Assembly (NCBI GenBank): GCA_031423755.1
Contig: JANPGC010000174.1
Location: 1-62,426 of the forward strand
Origin: Phyllobacteriaceae bacterium
GTDB taxonomy: Bacteria; Pseudomonadota; Alphaproteobacteria; Rhizobiales; Rhizobiaceae
DNA: 62,426 nt
Direction of reading: 5' to 3'
Position numbers and translations under genes: made by a program. Below the pieces are notes generated by a model, which searched no databases, was not told the origin of the DNA, and saw only the letters and a list, made by a program, of their open reading frames with translations. Below are positions 44,322-53,104 of the stretch, piece after piece (position 1 is the first letter of the stretch; the number at the start of each line of letters is the position of its first letter).

Positions 44322-45539
44322 TTAGCTTGTCAGGAACGCCTTCAGGCTGAATCCGGACTGTCCGGCCTGTTCACGGGTCAGCACCTTGCCGCTGTCCAGA
44401 AGCTTGCGTGACATGGCAAAAGTAACCGGATCATTGAAACAATCCGCAGCAAGGAACGCTCCGTCACGGAAATAAAGATGCGCCCGCGTCGAGCCGGTGC
44501 CGGATTGAACCAGAATATCATCATAGCCCGTATTCAAGCCGGCAATTTGCAGCTTCATGTCAAACTGGTCCGACCAGAACCACGGTGTGGAGCGGTAGAC
44601 GAGTTCTTGTCCGGTAATATTTGCGGCGGCAACGGCACCTTGGTCATTGGCATTTTGGACCGACTCAAGGCGGATGTGACCGCCTTCATAGGGAAAGCTG
44701 GCGCAGTCACCGACAGCATAGACGCAAGGGTCGGAGGTGCGCATGCAGCTATCAACGACAACACCGTTGCCGATTGAAAGCCCGGCGTTCTCGGCGACGT
44801 GTGTGTTGGGCGAAATGCCGATGCCCACCACCACAAAGTCCGCAGGAACTGTCTCGCCGCCCTCAAGTTCAACGCCGACCGCTGATCCGTTGCTGCCGGC
44901 AATCCGGTCAATATGCACACCCTCGCGAATTGTCACGCCGTGGCCCTGATGCAGGGCGCGCAAATGGTCCGAGGTTTGGCGGGCAGCCACACGTTTGACG
45001 ATGCGGTCGGCCGCTTCCAACACCGTCACCTGCACGCCTTTCTTGGCCGCCTCTGATGCCGCCTCAAGCCCGATATAGCCGCCACCGATAACCACCAGAC
45101 GTCTGCCTTCGACCATCTCGTGCTTGAGCCGATCCGCATCGCCCAGATCGCGCATGGTATGAACGCCCTTGAGCGCACCGCCCCTGTCCGCCGGAAATTG
45201 GCGGGGCGACGCGCCGGTTGCCAGCACGAGTGCGTCGTAGGACAGGTTCTGGCCGGACGAGAGCGAGACTGTCTGGGCCGCGCGGTCAATCGTTGTGGCA
45301 GTCATACCGCGCAGCAAATTGATACTGTTTTCGGCAAACCAGCTTGCAGGTCGCAAAGCGATAGTCTCAAGCGCCGCCTTGCCGGACAGGTAAGCCTTGG
45401 AGAGAACCGGGCGCTGGTATGGATGGGCATCCTCTGCGCTGACGACGGTGATTTGGGCCAATGGATCTAGCGCGCGCAACCTGGCGGCAGCGGCAATGCC
45501 GCCGTGGCTTGCTCCAACAATGACCGTATGGCGCGCCAT
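44322..45539 (-). CDS. NAD(P)H-dependent ferredoxin reductase (putidaredoxin-reductase type FAD oxidoreductase)
   Basis: 405 aa from ATG 45539 (MARHTVIVGASHGG). Two Rossmann GxGxxG motifs (VIGGGYIGLE). Located immediately downstream of the ferredoxin gene. Confidence 0.85.
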   Translation of the reverse strand: MARHTVIVGASHGGIAAAARLRALDPLAQITVVSAEDAHPYQRPVLSKAYLSGKAALETIALRPASWFAENSINLLRGMTATTIDRAAQTVSLSSGQNLSYDALVLATGASPRQFPADRGGALKGVHTMRDLGDADRLKHEMVEGRRLVVIGGGYIGLEAASEAAKKGVQVTVLEAADRIVKRVAARQTSDHLRALHQGHGVTIREGVHIDRIAGSNGSAVGVELEGGETVPADFVVVGIGISPNTHVAENAGLSIGNGVVVDSCMRTSDPCVYAVGDCASFPYEGGHIRLESVQNANDQGAVAAANITGQELVYRSTPWFWSDQFDMKLQIAGLNTGYDDILVQSGTGSTRAHLYFRDGAFLAADCFNDPVTFAMSRKLLDSGKVLTREQAGQSGFSLKAFLTS

Positions 45540-45543
45540 CAAA

Positions 45544-45864
45544 TCAGCCTTGAGGAACGATGAGTACGAGGCCATCCAGCGCCGGAGAGACGATGACCTG
45601 GCAGCTCAAGCGGCTGAACTCCGTCTTCGGGGCTTCCGTGATTTCAAGCATCGCATCCTCAATGTCGCCTGGCTTTCCTGCGCGGTCGGTCCAGTCTTCA
45701 TCGACATAGACATGACACGTTGCGCAAGAAAGGCACCCGCCGCATTCGCCGACAACGCCGGCGACATTGTTGGCCACTGCGGCGTTCATCAGGTTCATTC
45801 CGTCAGCAACTTCGGCGCTGATTATCGAACCGTTCGCCAGGTTCCAGGTGATCTTGGCCATCAT
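45544..45864 (-). CDS. [2Fe-2S] ferredoxin, adrenodoxin/putidaredoxin type
   Basis: 106 aa. Cys ligand pattern ECGGCLSCATCH...LSCQ. Confidence 0.85.
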   Translation of the reverse strand: MMAKITWNLANGSIISAEVADGMNLMNAAVANNVAGVVGECGGCLSCATCHVYVDEDWTDRAGKPGDIEDAMLEITEAPKTEFSRLSCQVIVSPALDGLVLIVPQG

Positions 45865-45880
45865 GTTTGTTCCGAATCTG

Positions 45881-47155
45881 TCAGATGTAATGGATGTAGA
45901 AGTCGCGCAGCGCGTCGCCTTCCAGCTGGGATGTCTTTTCGATTTCGTCGCGCTTGATGAAGACATGATTTTCACAAAGCAGCCGACCGACGGCCTCCAT
46001 CAGGGCGCCATCTGCCTCCAGCGCATCGAGTGCGCCGCCCAGCGTTTCAGTAACGCCATCAACGGCTTCGTGTTCGGTCAGGCAATTGGCTGTTTCCATC
46101 GGTGGCAGCGGATATTTGTTGACGAAACCCAGCCGCGCCGCCTGCAGCGTCGTCGCCACCAGCGTATAGGGATTGGACGCGCCATCGCCCATCCGGTGCT
46201 CGATGCGCGCCTTGGGACCGCGTTCGGCGGAGATCCGCGTGGTGACGCCGCGATGGTCACCGCCCCAGTTGCGCCAGTAGCCGGACAGCGATGATGGTTT
46301 GAGGCGCTGGTAGGAGTTGACCGTCGGCGCAACCAGCGCTGCCATCGCCTGATGATGGTGCATGAGCCCGGCAATGCAGCCCTGCGCCACCGGGCTCAGA
46401 CTATCCGGTTCGCCAACCGCATTGTTGCCGTGCTCGTCCTTGAATGAGAAGTTCACGTGCAGCCCGCTGCCACCTTTGGACAGGATGGGTTTGGGCATGA
46501 ATGTCAGCACAATTCCGAATTCCAACGCCGTTTCCCGTGCCAATTGGCGGAACAGGAAAATGTCATCCACGGCCTTCAGGGCACGGTCATAGGTCAGCGT
46601 AAACTCGTATTGCGGCGTGTCAAACTCGGAGGTCATGGAGTCGATGGCAAAGCCGAGCGCCGTGGCCCGCTCCCATATCTCGTCCATGAACCCGCGCGGA
46701 TCAGCAAATGGGCCGGTGGCGTAGACATAGCCTTTGGGCGTCTCATATGGCACGAGCTTGCCGTCATCGTCGTGCTGGAAGGCGAAGCACTCCAGCTCCA
46801 GCCCGATCATCGGGTCAAATCCAATCGTATTCCAATCGCTGATCGCCTTCTTCAGCGCCTGACGCCCGCACGCGCCGAACGGCTGGCCTTCTTCATAGAG
46901 ATCACCGACGACGATCCTGGTGTTGTCTTCCCAGCCGTCGCGCACATCCGCGCCAAGGTAGCGCACTTCCAAGTCTGGCAGGCCTTCCAGAACCTTGGAG
47001 CCCGGCGACGGGATGAGATCCCTGTCGTAGGTCACTCCAAAGGTGCTCTGGCAAACGCGCGTGCTGTTCGTGCCAATTTTTGAGGCGGGCAGATACTTTC
47101 CGCGCGCCAGATTCAAATGGTCACAGAACAAGACCCGCAATCGTTCGTTGGACAT
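45881..47155 (-). CDS. Glutamine-synthetase-family gamma-glutamyl-amine ligase (PuuA/IpuC-like)
   Basis: 424 aa from ATG 47155 (GGGAGGGG RBS; the ORF-track start is GTG). GS catalytic-domain motifs (GLELECF, KP...GSGLHVNFS, NSYQRL, RIEHR). Confidence 0.8.
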   Translation of the reverse strand: MSNERLRVLFCDHLNLARGKYLPASKIGTNSTRVCQSTFGVTYDRDLIPSPGSKVLEGLPDLEVRYLGADVRDGWEDNTRIVVGDLYEEGQPFGACGRQALKKAISDWNTIGFDPMIGLELECFAFQHDDDGKLVPYETPKGYVYATGPFADPRGFMDEIWERATALGFAIDSMTSEFDTPQYEFTLTYDRALKAVDDIFLFRQLARETALEFGIVLTFMPKPILSKGGSGLHVNFSFKDEHGNNAVGEPDSLSPVAQGCIAGLMHHHQAMAALVAPTVNSYQRLKPSSLSGYWRNWGGDHRGVTTRISAERGPKARIEHRMGDGASNPYTLVATTLQAARLGFVNKYPLPPMETANCLTEHEAVDGVTETLGGALDALEADGALMEAVGRLLCENHVFIKRDEIEKTSQLEGDALRDFYIHYI

Positions 47156-47177
47156 CGCTACCCCTCCCACAGTCTAT

Positions 47178-48440
47178 TCAATTCAGCTCAATCTTGACCG
47201 GCATGCTCTTGATGCCGCCGACAAAATTGGAGCGCAGATAATGCTGTTCGCCGGTCTGCTTGATCGATTTGACCCGCTTGGCGAATTCCTGAAACAACAG
47301 CCGGATTTCAAGTCGTGCCAGCCACATGCCGAGGCACACATGCGCCCCGCCCTGCCCGAAAGCCACGTGCCGGTTTGGCGAGCGGCGGAAATCCACCTTG
47401 AATGGATTGTCGAACACCGCTTCATCTCGGTTCCCGGACACAAACCACAAAAGCACCTTGTCGCCCTCGCGCAGTGTTTTGCCATGCAGCTCGTGATCGC
47501 GCGTCACCGTGCGGCGGAAATACATGGCAGGCGACGCCCAGCGGATCACTTCGTCCGGCATGGTGTCCCAGATGGTTTCATCATTGCCCTGAAGGTCTTC
47601 CAGCAATCCCGGCTGGTTGGCGAGCGCCTGCAATCCGGCTGCGATCGAATAGCGCGTCGTGTCGTTGCCCGCCGCCACCAGTAGGCAGAAGAAATTGCGG
47701 AACTCTTCCTCGGAAATCACATTGCCTAGGGAATCCGGCTGCATGATCAGATTGAGCACGCCTGTCGTGTCGCCCTTGCGCCGCTTGTCTGCCATCAGCT
47801 TCTTTGCGTAGTCGAAAAGGTCCGCGCCAGCCGGCGAGCGGAACGGCATCAGCCGGTAGGCATCCGTGTCAGCCTTGTCGAGCACATGGTCGGTGAAGTC
47901 GGAATCCGTGTTTGCGATGAGCGCGTCGCCCTTTTCGACCAGCCAGTTCAAATCCTCGTCCGGCGTGCCCATGATCTGCCCAAGCATCCGCATCGGCAAT
48001 TGCCGCGCCAGACTTTTGACCGCATCGAATTCGCCAAGCGGTAGAACGTCGTCGAGTATCTCGTCGCATAGCTGGCGGATTTGCGTTTCAAACAGCGCGA
48101 CGACCGGCTTGGAAAATGCCTTGGCAACCAGAATGCGCATGCGGGTATGGTCTGGCGGATCGGTTTCCTGAAAGGTCCGCCGCGCCAGATATTCCTCGTA
48201 GGTCTGGTCTTCCATGCGAATGCCGTGCGCCGAGGAATAGAGCGCATTGTTGCGGTTGCACTCGTGGATGTCTTCGTTGCGCGTGATCGACCAGAAGCCC
48301 TGTCCCGCCGGATAGTCGCACCAGGCAACCGGTTCCTCGCTTCTCAGCCGTGCAAACGTGTTGTGCGGCGCACCGGACACGAACGCATCGTGGCTCGAGA
48401 GATCGGCGTGGCCGTCGTCATTGGGAACCCAGACCGTCAC
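47178..48440 (-). CDS. Cytochrome P450 monooxygenase
   Basis: Heme-binding loop FGQGGAHVCLG, ExxR motif and I-helix AGNDTT. GTG 48440 is preferred (GGAGAA RBS) over the ORF-track TTG at 48455. Confidence 0.85.
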   Translation of the reverse strand: MTVWVPNDDGHADLSSHDAFVSGAPHNTFARLRSEEPVAWCDYPAGQGFWSITRNEDIHECNRNNALYSSAHGIRMEDQTYEEYLARRTFQETDPPDHTRMRILVAKAFSKPVVALFETQIRQLCDEILDDVLPLGEFDAVKSLARQLPMRMLGQIMGTPDEDLNWLVEKGDALIANTDSDFTDHVLDKADTDAYRLMPFRSPAGADLFDYAKKLMADKRRKGDTTGVLNLIMQPDSLGNVISEEEFRNFFCLLVAAGNDTTRYSIAAGLQALANQPGLLEDLQGNDETIWDTMPDEVIRWASPAMYFRRTVTRDHELHGKTLREGDKVLLWFVSGNRDEAVFDNPFKVDFRRSPNRHVAFGQGGAHVCLGMWLARLEIRLLFQEFAKRVKSIKQTGEQHYLRSNFVGGIKSMPVKIELN

Positions 48441-48552
48441 GAACTTTCTCCTCAAAAACTTCGTTGCAAAATGTAGAACACATGTTAAATATATTTACAA
48501 GCCTCATTTGCACACATATAAAATATTCCTGCATGCACAATTGGAGAAAGTC

Positions 48553-49269
48553 ATGAAACGACGCATTGGAATTCTGCTGACCTGCGTCGACGATTCGGAA
48601 TTCGCCAAGCGCTTCCCGGACGACGGCGAAAAGTTCCGCCGTCTGTTGCAGCCGCTGCGGCCGGAATGGAAATTTGTGACGGTGCCGGTCAAGGATGGTG
48701 TGTTTCCTGAACAAGCCAGTGATTTTGACGGCTATATTATCACCGGCAGTCCGGTTTCGGTGAATGCAAATTCCAAATGGATCAAGCAGCTGTTTGGCTT
48801 CATCCGCGAGCTGGACGCCAAGAAAGTTCCGACGTTCGGCGCCTGCTTCGGACATCAGGCTATTGCCATGGCGCTGGGTGGCACAGTCGAAAAATCAGAT
48901 AAGGGTTGGGGACTGGGCACGGCCAAAACCGAGTTCGACAACTTCGCCCCTTGGATGGAGCCGCAACAGAAGAAGATGACGCTGTTCGCGGCGCATGAGG
49001 ACCAAGTGACGACGCTGCCGAAAGACGCCGTGGTTTTGGGTGGCAGCGAATTCTGTCCCTATGGGTCCTACCGCATCGGTTCGCACATTTTTACCACTGA
49101 ATATCACCCTGAGATGACGCAGGAGTTTGTATCGGCGCTTTTGGATGAGCTTGAATCCGGGCTTGACGTTGAGACGATTGCCGCAAGTCGCCGATCCCTG
49201 AGCGCGCCGGCGGAAGGTCCGGCATTTGCACAGTGGATCGTTAATTTTCTCGATAAATCAGCTTGTTAG
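48553..49269 (+). CDS. Class I glutamine amidotransferase-like hydrolase (candidate gamma-glutamyl-amide hydrolase, PuuD/IpuF role)
   Basis: 238 aa from ATG 48553 (GGAGAAAG RBS). Nucleophile GACFGHQ and His-Glu pair YHPE. Confidence 0.75.
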   Translation: MKRRIGILLTCVDDSEFAKRFPDDGEKFRRLLQPLRPEWKFVTVPVKDGVFPEQASDFDGYIITGSPVSVNANSKWIKQLFGFIRELDAKKVPTFGACFGHQAIAMALGGTVEKSDKGWGLGTAKTEFDNFAPWMEPQQKKMTLFAAHEDQVTTLPKDAVVLGGSEFCPYGSYRIGSHIFTTEYHPEMTQEFVSALLDELESGLDVETIAASRRSLSAPAEGPAFAQWIVNFLDKSAC

Positions 49270-49929
49270 ATGACGAGACTTTGACAGCATGGCGATGAGG
49301 TCCATGGCGGTCACACTGTCAAAGGTCACATGCTTGACCATGGCTTCCTCTGCACCCGTTACGTCCCGGTCCACAATCAGCGCGGCGATTTTGCTGTGCT
49401 CGATTGCTGACTGCGGAATGCTGCCCTTGTAGGCATAGCGGGCGCGATAGTAGGCGAGGAGCTTGCGGCCATTGGTGCGGATCATCTCCATCAAAAACGG
49501 ATTGTGCGCGGCAAGGCCGACAGTTTTGTGGAAGGCCAGATTGTGCTGATAGTAGGCATTGGGCATGGTGTCAGCGAGCGTTGCCACATGGTGATCGCAA
49601 GCAGCGCAGGCGCGTTCCAGCGCGGCAGCGTCATCGACGGAAAGGCGGCGCGCAGCCAATGCCGCGGCGTGGCCCTCGAGCTTGGCATGGACTTCGAGAA
49701 TGGCGAGGAATTCCTCCAGCGTCGGCTGAAACACTTCCGCCCCGCCACGGGCCTTGCGCCGCAAAATACCAACCGCATCAAGTTGCAGCAGCGCTTCGCG
49801 CACAGGCGTTCTGGAGAGGCCAAATTCGCTGACCAGCGCCTTCTCCTCCAGCACATCGCCGGGCGACAGCGTGCCGTCTTCGATGCGTTTGACGATGTGC
49901 TCAACGATCATGTCAGTTTGATTGCTCAT
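49258..49929 (-). CDS. GntR-family (FadR/FCD subfamily) transcriptional regulator
   Basis: 223 aa. wHTH (LVSEFGLSRTPVREALLQLDAVGIL) plus an all-helical FCD-like C-terminal domain. Confidence 0.85.
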   Translation of the reverse strand: MSNQTDMIVEHIVKRIEDGTLSPGDVLEEKALVSEFGLSRTPVREALLQLDAVGILRRKARGGAEVFQPTLEEFLAILEVHAKLEGHAAALAARRLSVDDAAALERACAACDHHVATLADTMPNAYYQHNLAFHKTVGLAAHNPFLMEMIRTNGRKLLAYYRARYAYKGSIPQSAIEHSKIAALIVDRDVTGAEEAMVKHVTFDSVTAMDLIAMLSKSRHLTS

Positions 49930-49938
49930 GCTGCATCA

Positions 49939-49971
49939 TATGTATTTTCAACATGCTTGTGAATATACATA
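49939..49971. promoter_or_regulatory. 33-bp imperfect palindrome (TATGTATTTTCA-N9-TGAATATACATA), candidate GntR operator
   Basis: 12-bp arms matching 11/12. Located 10-42 nt upstream of the GntR ATG, in the 50-bp gap after the aldehyde dehydrogenase gene. Confidence 0.35.
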
Positions 49972-49979
49972 CTTTCCGG

Positions 49980-51464
49980 TCAGAGCTGTATCCACGCCGT
50001 TTTCAGGTCGGAAAACTTGTCCAGCGCATGCAGCGACTTGTCATGGCCATTGCCGGATTGACCGACGCCGCCGAGCGGCACCGTGTTGTCCGACCCGCCG
50101 TAGGTGTTCACATGCACCACCCCTGCGCGGATGTTGCGCACCATGCGGTGTGCCTTGGAAAGGTTTGACGTCCAAACCGCTGAAGCCAATCCATAGACTG
50201 TAGAATTGGCAATCCGCACCGCATCCGCCTCGTCCTTGAACTTCATCACGCCCAGCACCGGTCCGAACACTTCCTCTTGAGCCAGATGCATCTTCGGCTC
50301 AATGCCGGAAAAGACGGTCGGCGACATGTAGAAACCACCGGTCTCCTCAAGAATGCGCTTGCCGCCGGTCTGCAAAAATCCGACTTCCACTTCGGCGCGA
50401 TGGACGAATTCCAGATCTTTTTCCAACTGGTCCAGACTGGTCACCGCACCGGCTTCGGTGCTGAGATCAAGCGGGTCGCCAACTTTGATCTTCGATGCGA
50501 TGGAAGAAACCCTGGCCACAAACTCGTCATGGATGCTCTCTTCCACCAACAGCCGCGATCCTGCCACACACACCTGCCCGGAATTGCGGAAGATGCCATA
50601 GGCGGAAATCTTCGCGGCTTGGTCCAAGTCGGGCGCGTCGGCGAAGACAACGTTTGGAGACTTGCCGCCAAGTTCGAGATAGCAGCGCTTCATGTTTGAG
50701 CGGGCGGAATATTCCATCAGCTTGCGGCCGACAAAGCCGGACCCCGTGAACGCCATCACGTCGACATCCATGTGGAGGCCGAGCGCCTCACCGCAGACCG
50801 AGCCTTTGCCCGTGACGACATTCAATACTCCGTCCGGAAGCCCTGCTTCTGAACACAGTTCTGTCAAACGCAACAATGACAGCGAAGCGGCTTCGGCAGG
50901 TTTCAGCACCACAGAATTTCCAGCCGCAAGCGCTGGTGCAATTTTCCAGGAGCCGATCATCATCGGAAAATTCCACGGCACAATTGCCGCGACGACGCCA
51001 ACAGGTTCGCGGTGGATCAGGCCGAGTATATTGGGCGCAGTCGGGGCGATTTCTCCATAAACCTTGTCGATGGCTTCAGCATAATAGCGGAACGTGCCCG
51101 CTGCACTGCCCGGCTCTGCCTTCAGCGCCATGGAAATTTCCGTACCATTGTCGCGTACGCCAAGCACCGCGAGTTCAACCGCATGCTTCTCGATCAGGTC
51201 GGCGATGCGGTGCATCACCCTTTTGCGTTCGGCAGGCGCCGCGCGCGACCAGACGCCGCTGTCGAATGCCTTGCGTGCGGCAGCAACTGCACGATCCGCG
51301 TCCGCCGCTGATGCGCGGGCGATACTGGTGAACACCTTGCCATCAATAGGCGAAATGACATCCAGTCTGCCTCCGTCTTCAGCCTTGGACCAAGCGCCGT
51401 CGATGAACAGGTCGCGCCCGGATACGGGCAGCACGCGCAGGCGATCGATTTCGGATTGACTCAT
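49980..51464 (-). CDS. NAD-dependent aldehyde dehydrogenase, PuuC-like (gamma-glutamyl-aminoaldehyde type)
   Basis: 494 aa from ATG 51464 (GAGGA RBS). Motifs ELGGKSP, catalytic Cys GQVCVAGSR, and the RYYAEAIDKVYGE segment resembling E. coli PuuC. Confidence 0.8.
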   Translation of the reverse strand: MSQSEIDRLRVLPVSGRDLFIDGAWSKAEDGGRLDVISPIDGKVFTSIARASAADADRAVAAARKAFDSGVWSRAAPAERKRVMHRIADLIEKHAVELAVLGVRDNGTEISMALKAEPGSAAGTFRYYAEAIDKVYGEIAPTAPNILGLIHREPVGVVAAIVPWNFPMMIGSWKIAPALAAGNSVVLKPAEAASLSLLRLTELCSEAGLPDGVLNVVTGKGSVCGEALGLHMDVDVMAFTGSGFVGRKLMEYSARSNMKRCYLELGGKSPNVVFADAPDLDQAAKISAYGIFRNSGQVCVAGSRLLVEESIHDEFVARVSSIASKIKVGDPLDLSTEAGAVTSLDQLEKDLEFVHRAEVEVGFLQTGGKRILEETGGFYMSPTVFSGIEPKMHLAQEEVFGPVLGVMKFKDEADAVRIANSTVYGLASAVWTSNLSKAHRMVRNIRAGVVHVNTYGGSDNTVPLGGVGQSGNGHDKSLHALDKFSDLKTAWIQL

Positions 51465-51525
51465 TTTGTCCTCGTTTGAAATGGCAAGGGCGGCAGTCTC
51501 CCGCCGCCCTCGATAGCTCAATGTA

Positions 51526-52965
51526 TCAAGTGTTGCGGCCGAGTTCGCTGAACTTGACCGGGTTGCGTCTTTCTAGGCTGCCTGCTGACAGGTAGCCGAT
51601 GATTGCCGCGACAAGCACCAGCGACGGCAGCGCCACGCCGAGCGTGCCAGACGCGCCGGTGAGATCGCCAAACTTCGCGAAGATGTAGACAAACAGCAAT
51701 GCGAGGATGGCACCGGTGATCATCGGCAATATCTTGGTGGCAAGCGCCGTTTCGCCCAAGTCGCTCTTGCCGAAGAACGACACCACGGCAAAGGACGTGA
51801 TGCCCATCAGGCCGAGAATACCCAGCGTGCCGAGCTGCGTCAGCCAAGTGAACAGCTGCAGCACCGGATCCATGCCCATGATGGCAAAGAAGCCGACGAC
51901 AACAACCGCAAGCACGGTCTGGATGATGGAGCCGACATGCGGGCTTTGGTAAGTGTCATGAGTCACGCCGACAGATGCCGGAAGAATGCCCTCGCGACCA
52001 GCCACATATTTGTAGCGCGCCACACCATTGTGGAAGGCCAGAACGCCGGCAAAGAGACTCGATACGAACAGGAAGCCCATGATCGTTGGAACCGGTCCGC
52101 CGACGTAACGACCGGCAAGTTCAAACAGGAACGTCGTCGGATCAGCCAGCGACTGCAATGTCGGAACCAGCTTGTCCACACCCGCGCCGTTGGCCATCAG
52201 CCAAGCGGTGACCATGTAGAACACGCCGATCAGAATTACCGAGAGATAAGTCGCCTTCGGCACCGTTGTGTGGGGATCGCGCGCTTCTTCGGAATAGATG
52301 GTTGTCGCTTCAAAGCCGATAAAGGCGGCGAAGCAGAACAGTATGCCGATGGCGGGTGAGCCGCTCATGATCTGGCTGATGCTGAATGGTGCCATTGAAA
52401 GGCCGCTGTCGCCGCCTTTGACGAAAATCGCCACGTCGACAATCAAAACGATGACATATTCAAGCAATACCAGCGCCATCAATATCTTGGCCGAAAGGTC
52501 CACCTGCCGATAACCCAGAACGGCGCAGAACGCGATGCCGACGAAGCTCCACACCCACCAGGGCAGATCGATTCCGATGGAGGCAAATGTCCCTGCCGAC
52601 GCTGCGCCCAAAAGGCCGAGAATGCCGATCTGCATCGCGTTGTAGCTGAGGATGGCAATCAGCGCGGCGGCACCGCCGATTTTGCCGCCAAGGCCGCGCG
52701 CTGCAAATGCGTAGAAGCCGCCCGCGCTTGATATATGCCTTGCCATCGCAACGTAGCCGACTGCGAAGGCGATCAGGATGATTGTTGTGAGCAGAAATGA
52801 TCCGGCAATGCCGGCACCGTTTCCGAGCAGCATGCTGATTGGCACACCGCCCGCCACTGCGGTCAGAGGCGCTGCCGCCGATATGACCAGAAATGTGACA
52901 GCGCCGACCCCGAGGCTGTTTTTGCGCAGCTGGTTTGCCCCCGCCGCATTTGTTGAATTTGCCAT
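51526..52965 (-). CDS. APC-superfamily amino acid/amine permease
   Basis: 479 aa from ATG 52965 (GGAGGG RBS; the ORF-track start is TTG). About 12 TM helices with an APC-type N-terminus. Confidence 0.85.
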   Translation of the reverse strand: MANSTNAAGANQLRKNSLGVGAVTFLVISAAAPLTAVAGGVPISMLLGNGAGIAGSFLLTTIILIAFAVGYVAMARHISSAGGFYAFAARGLGGKIGGAAALIAILSYNAMQIGILGLLGAASAGTFASIGIDLPWWVWSFVGIAFCAVLGYRQVDLSAKILMALVLLEYVIVLIVDVAIFVKGGDSGLSMAPFSISQIMSGSPAIGILFCFAAFIGFEATTIYSEEARDPHTTVPKATYLSVILIGVFYMVTAWLMANGAGVDKLVPTLQSLADPTTFLFELAGRYVGGPVPTIMGFLFVSSLFAGVLAFHNGVARYKYVAGREGILPASVGVTHDTYQSPHVGSIIQTVLAVVVVGFFAIMGMDPVLQLFTWLTQLGTLGILGLMGITSFAVVSFFGKSDLGETALATKILPMITGAILALLFVYIFAKFGDLTGASGTLGVALPSLVLVAAIIGYLSAGSLERRNPVKFSELGRNT

Positions 52966-53104
52966 TGTACCCTCCAATTTGCAATTCGCCCCAACAGATC
53001 CCCTGTTTCATTATTTGAACCATCGGTGCAAATAGAGACTTGCAAAATTCCAAATGTGATGTCAAGTTATTTCACATGTTAAGCGACTAGGGAGTTCGAC
53101 CTTG

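Noticed and set aside
48424-48428. GGAAC pentamer near the P450 5' end
   Set aside because: No CGTT lies 16-17 nt downstream, and it sits inside the coding sequence. Not counted as a stress promoter.
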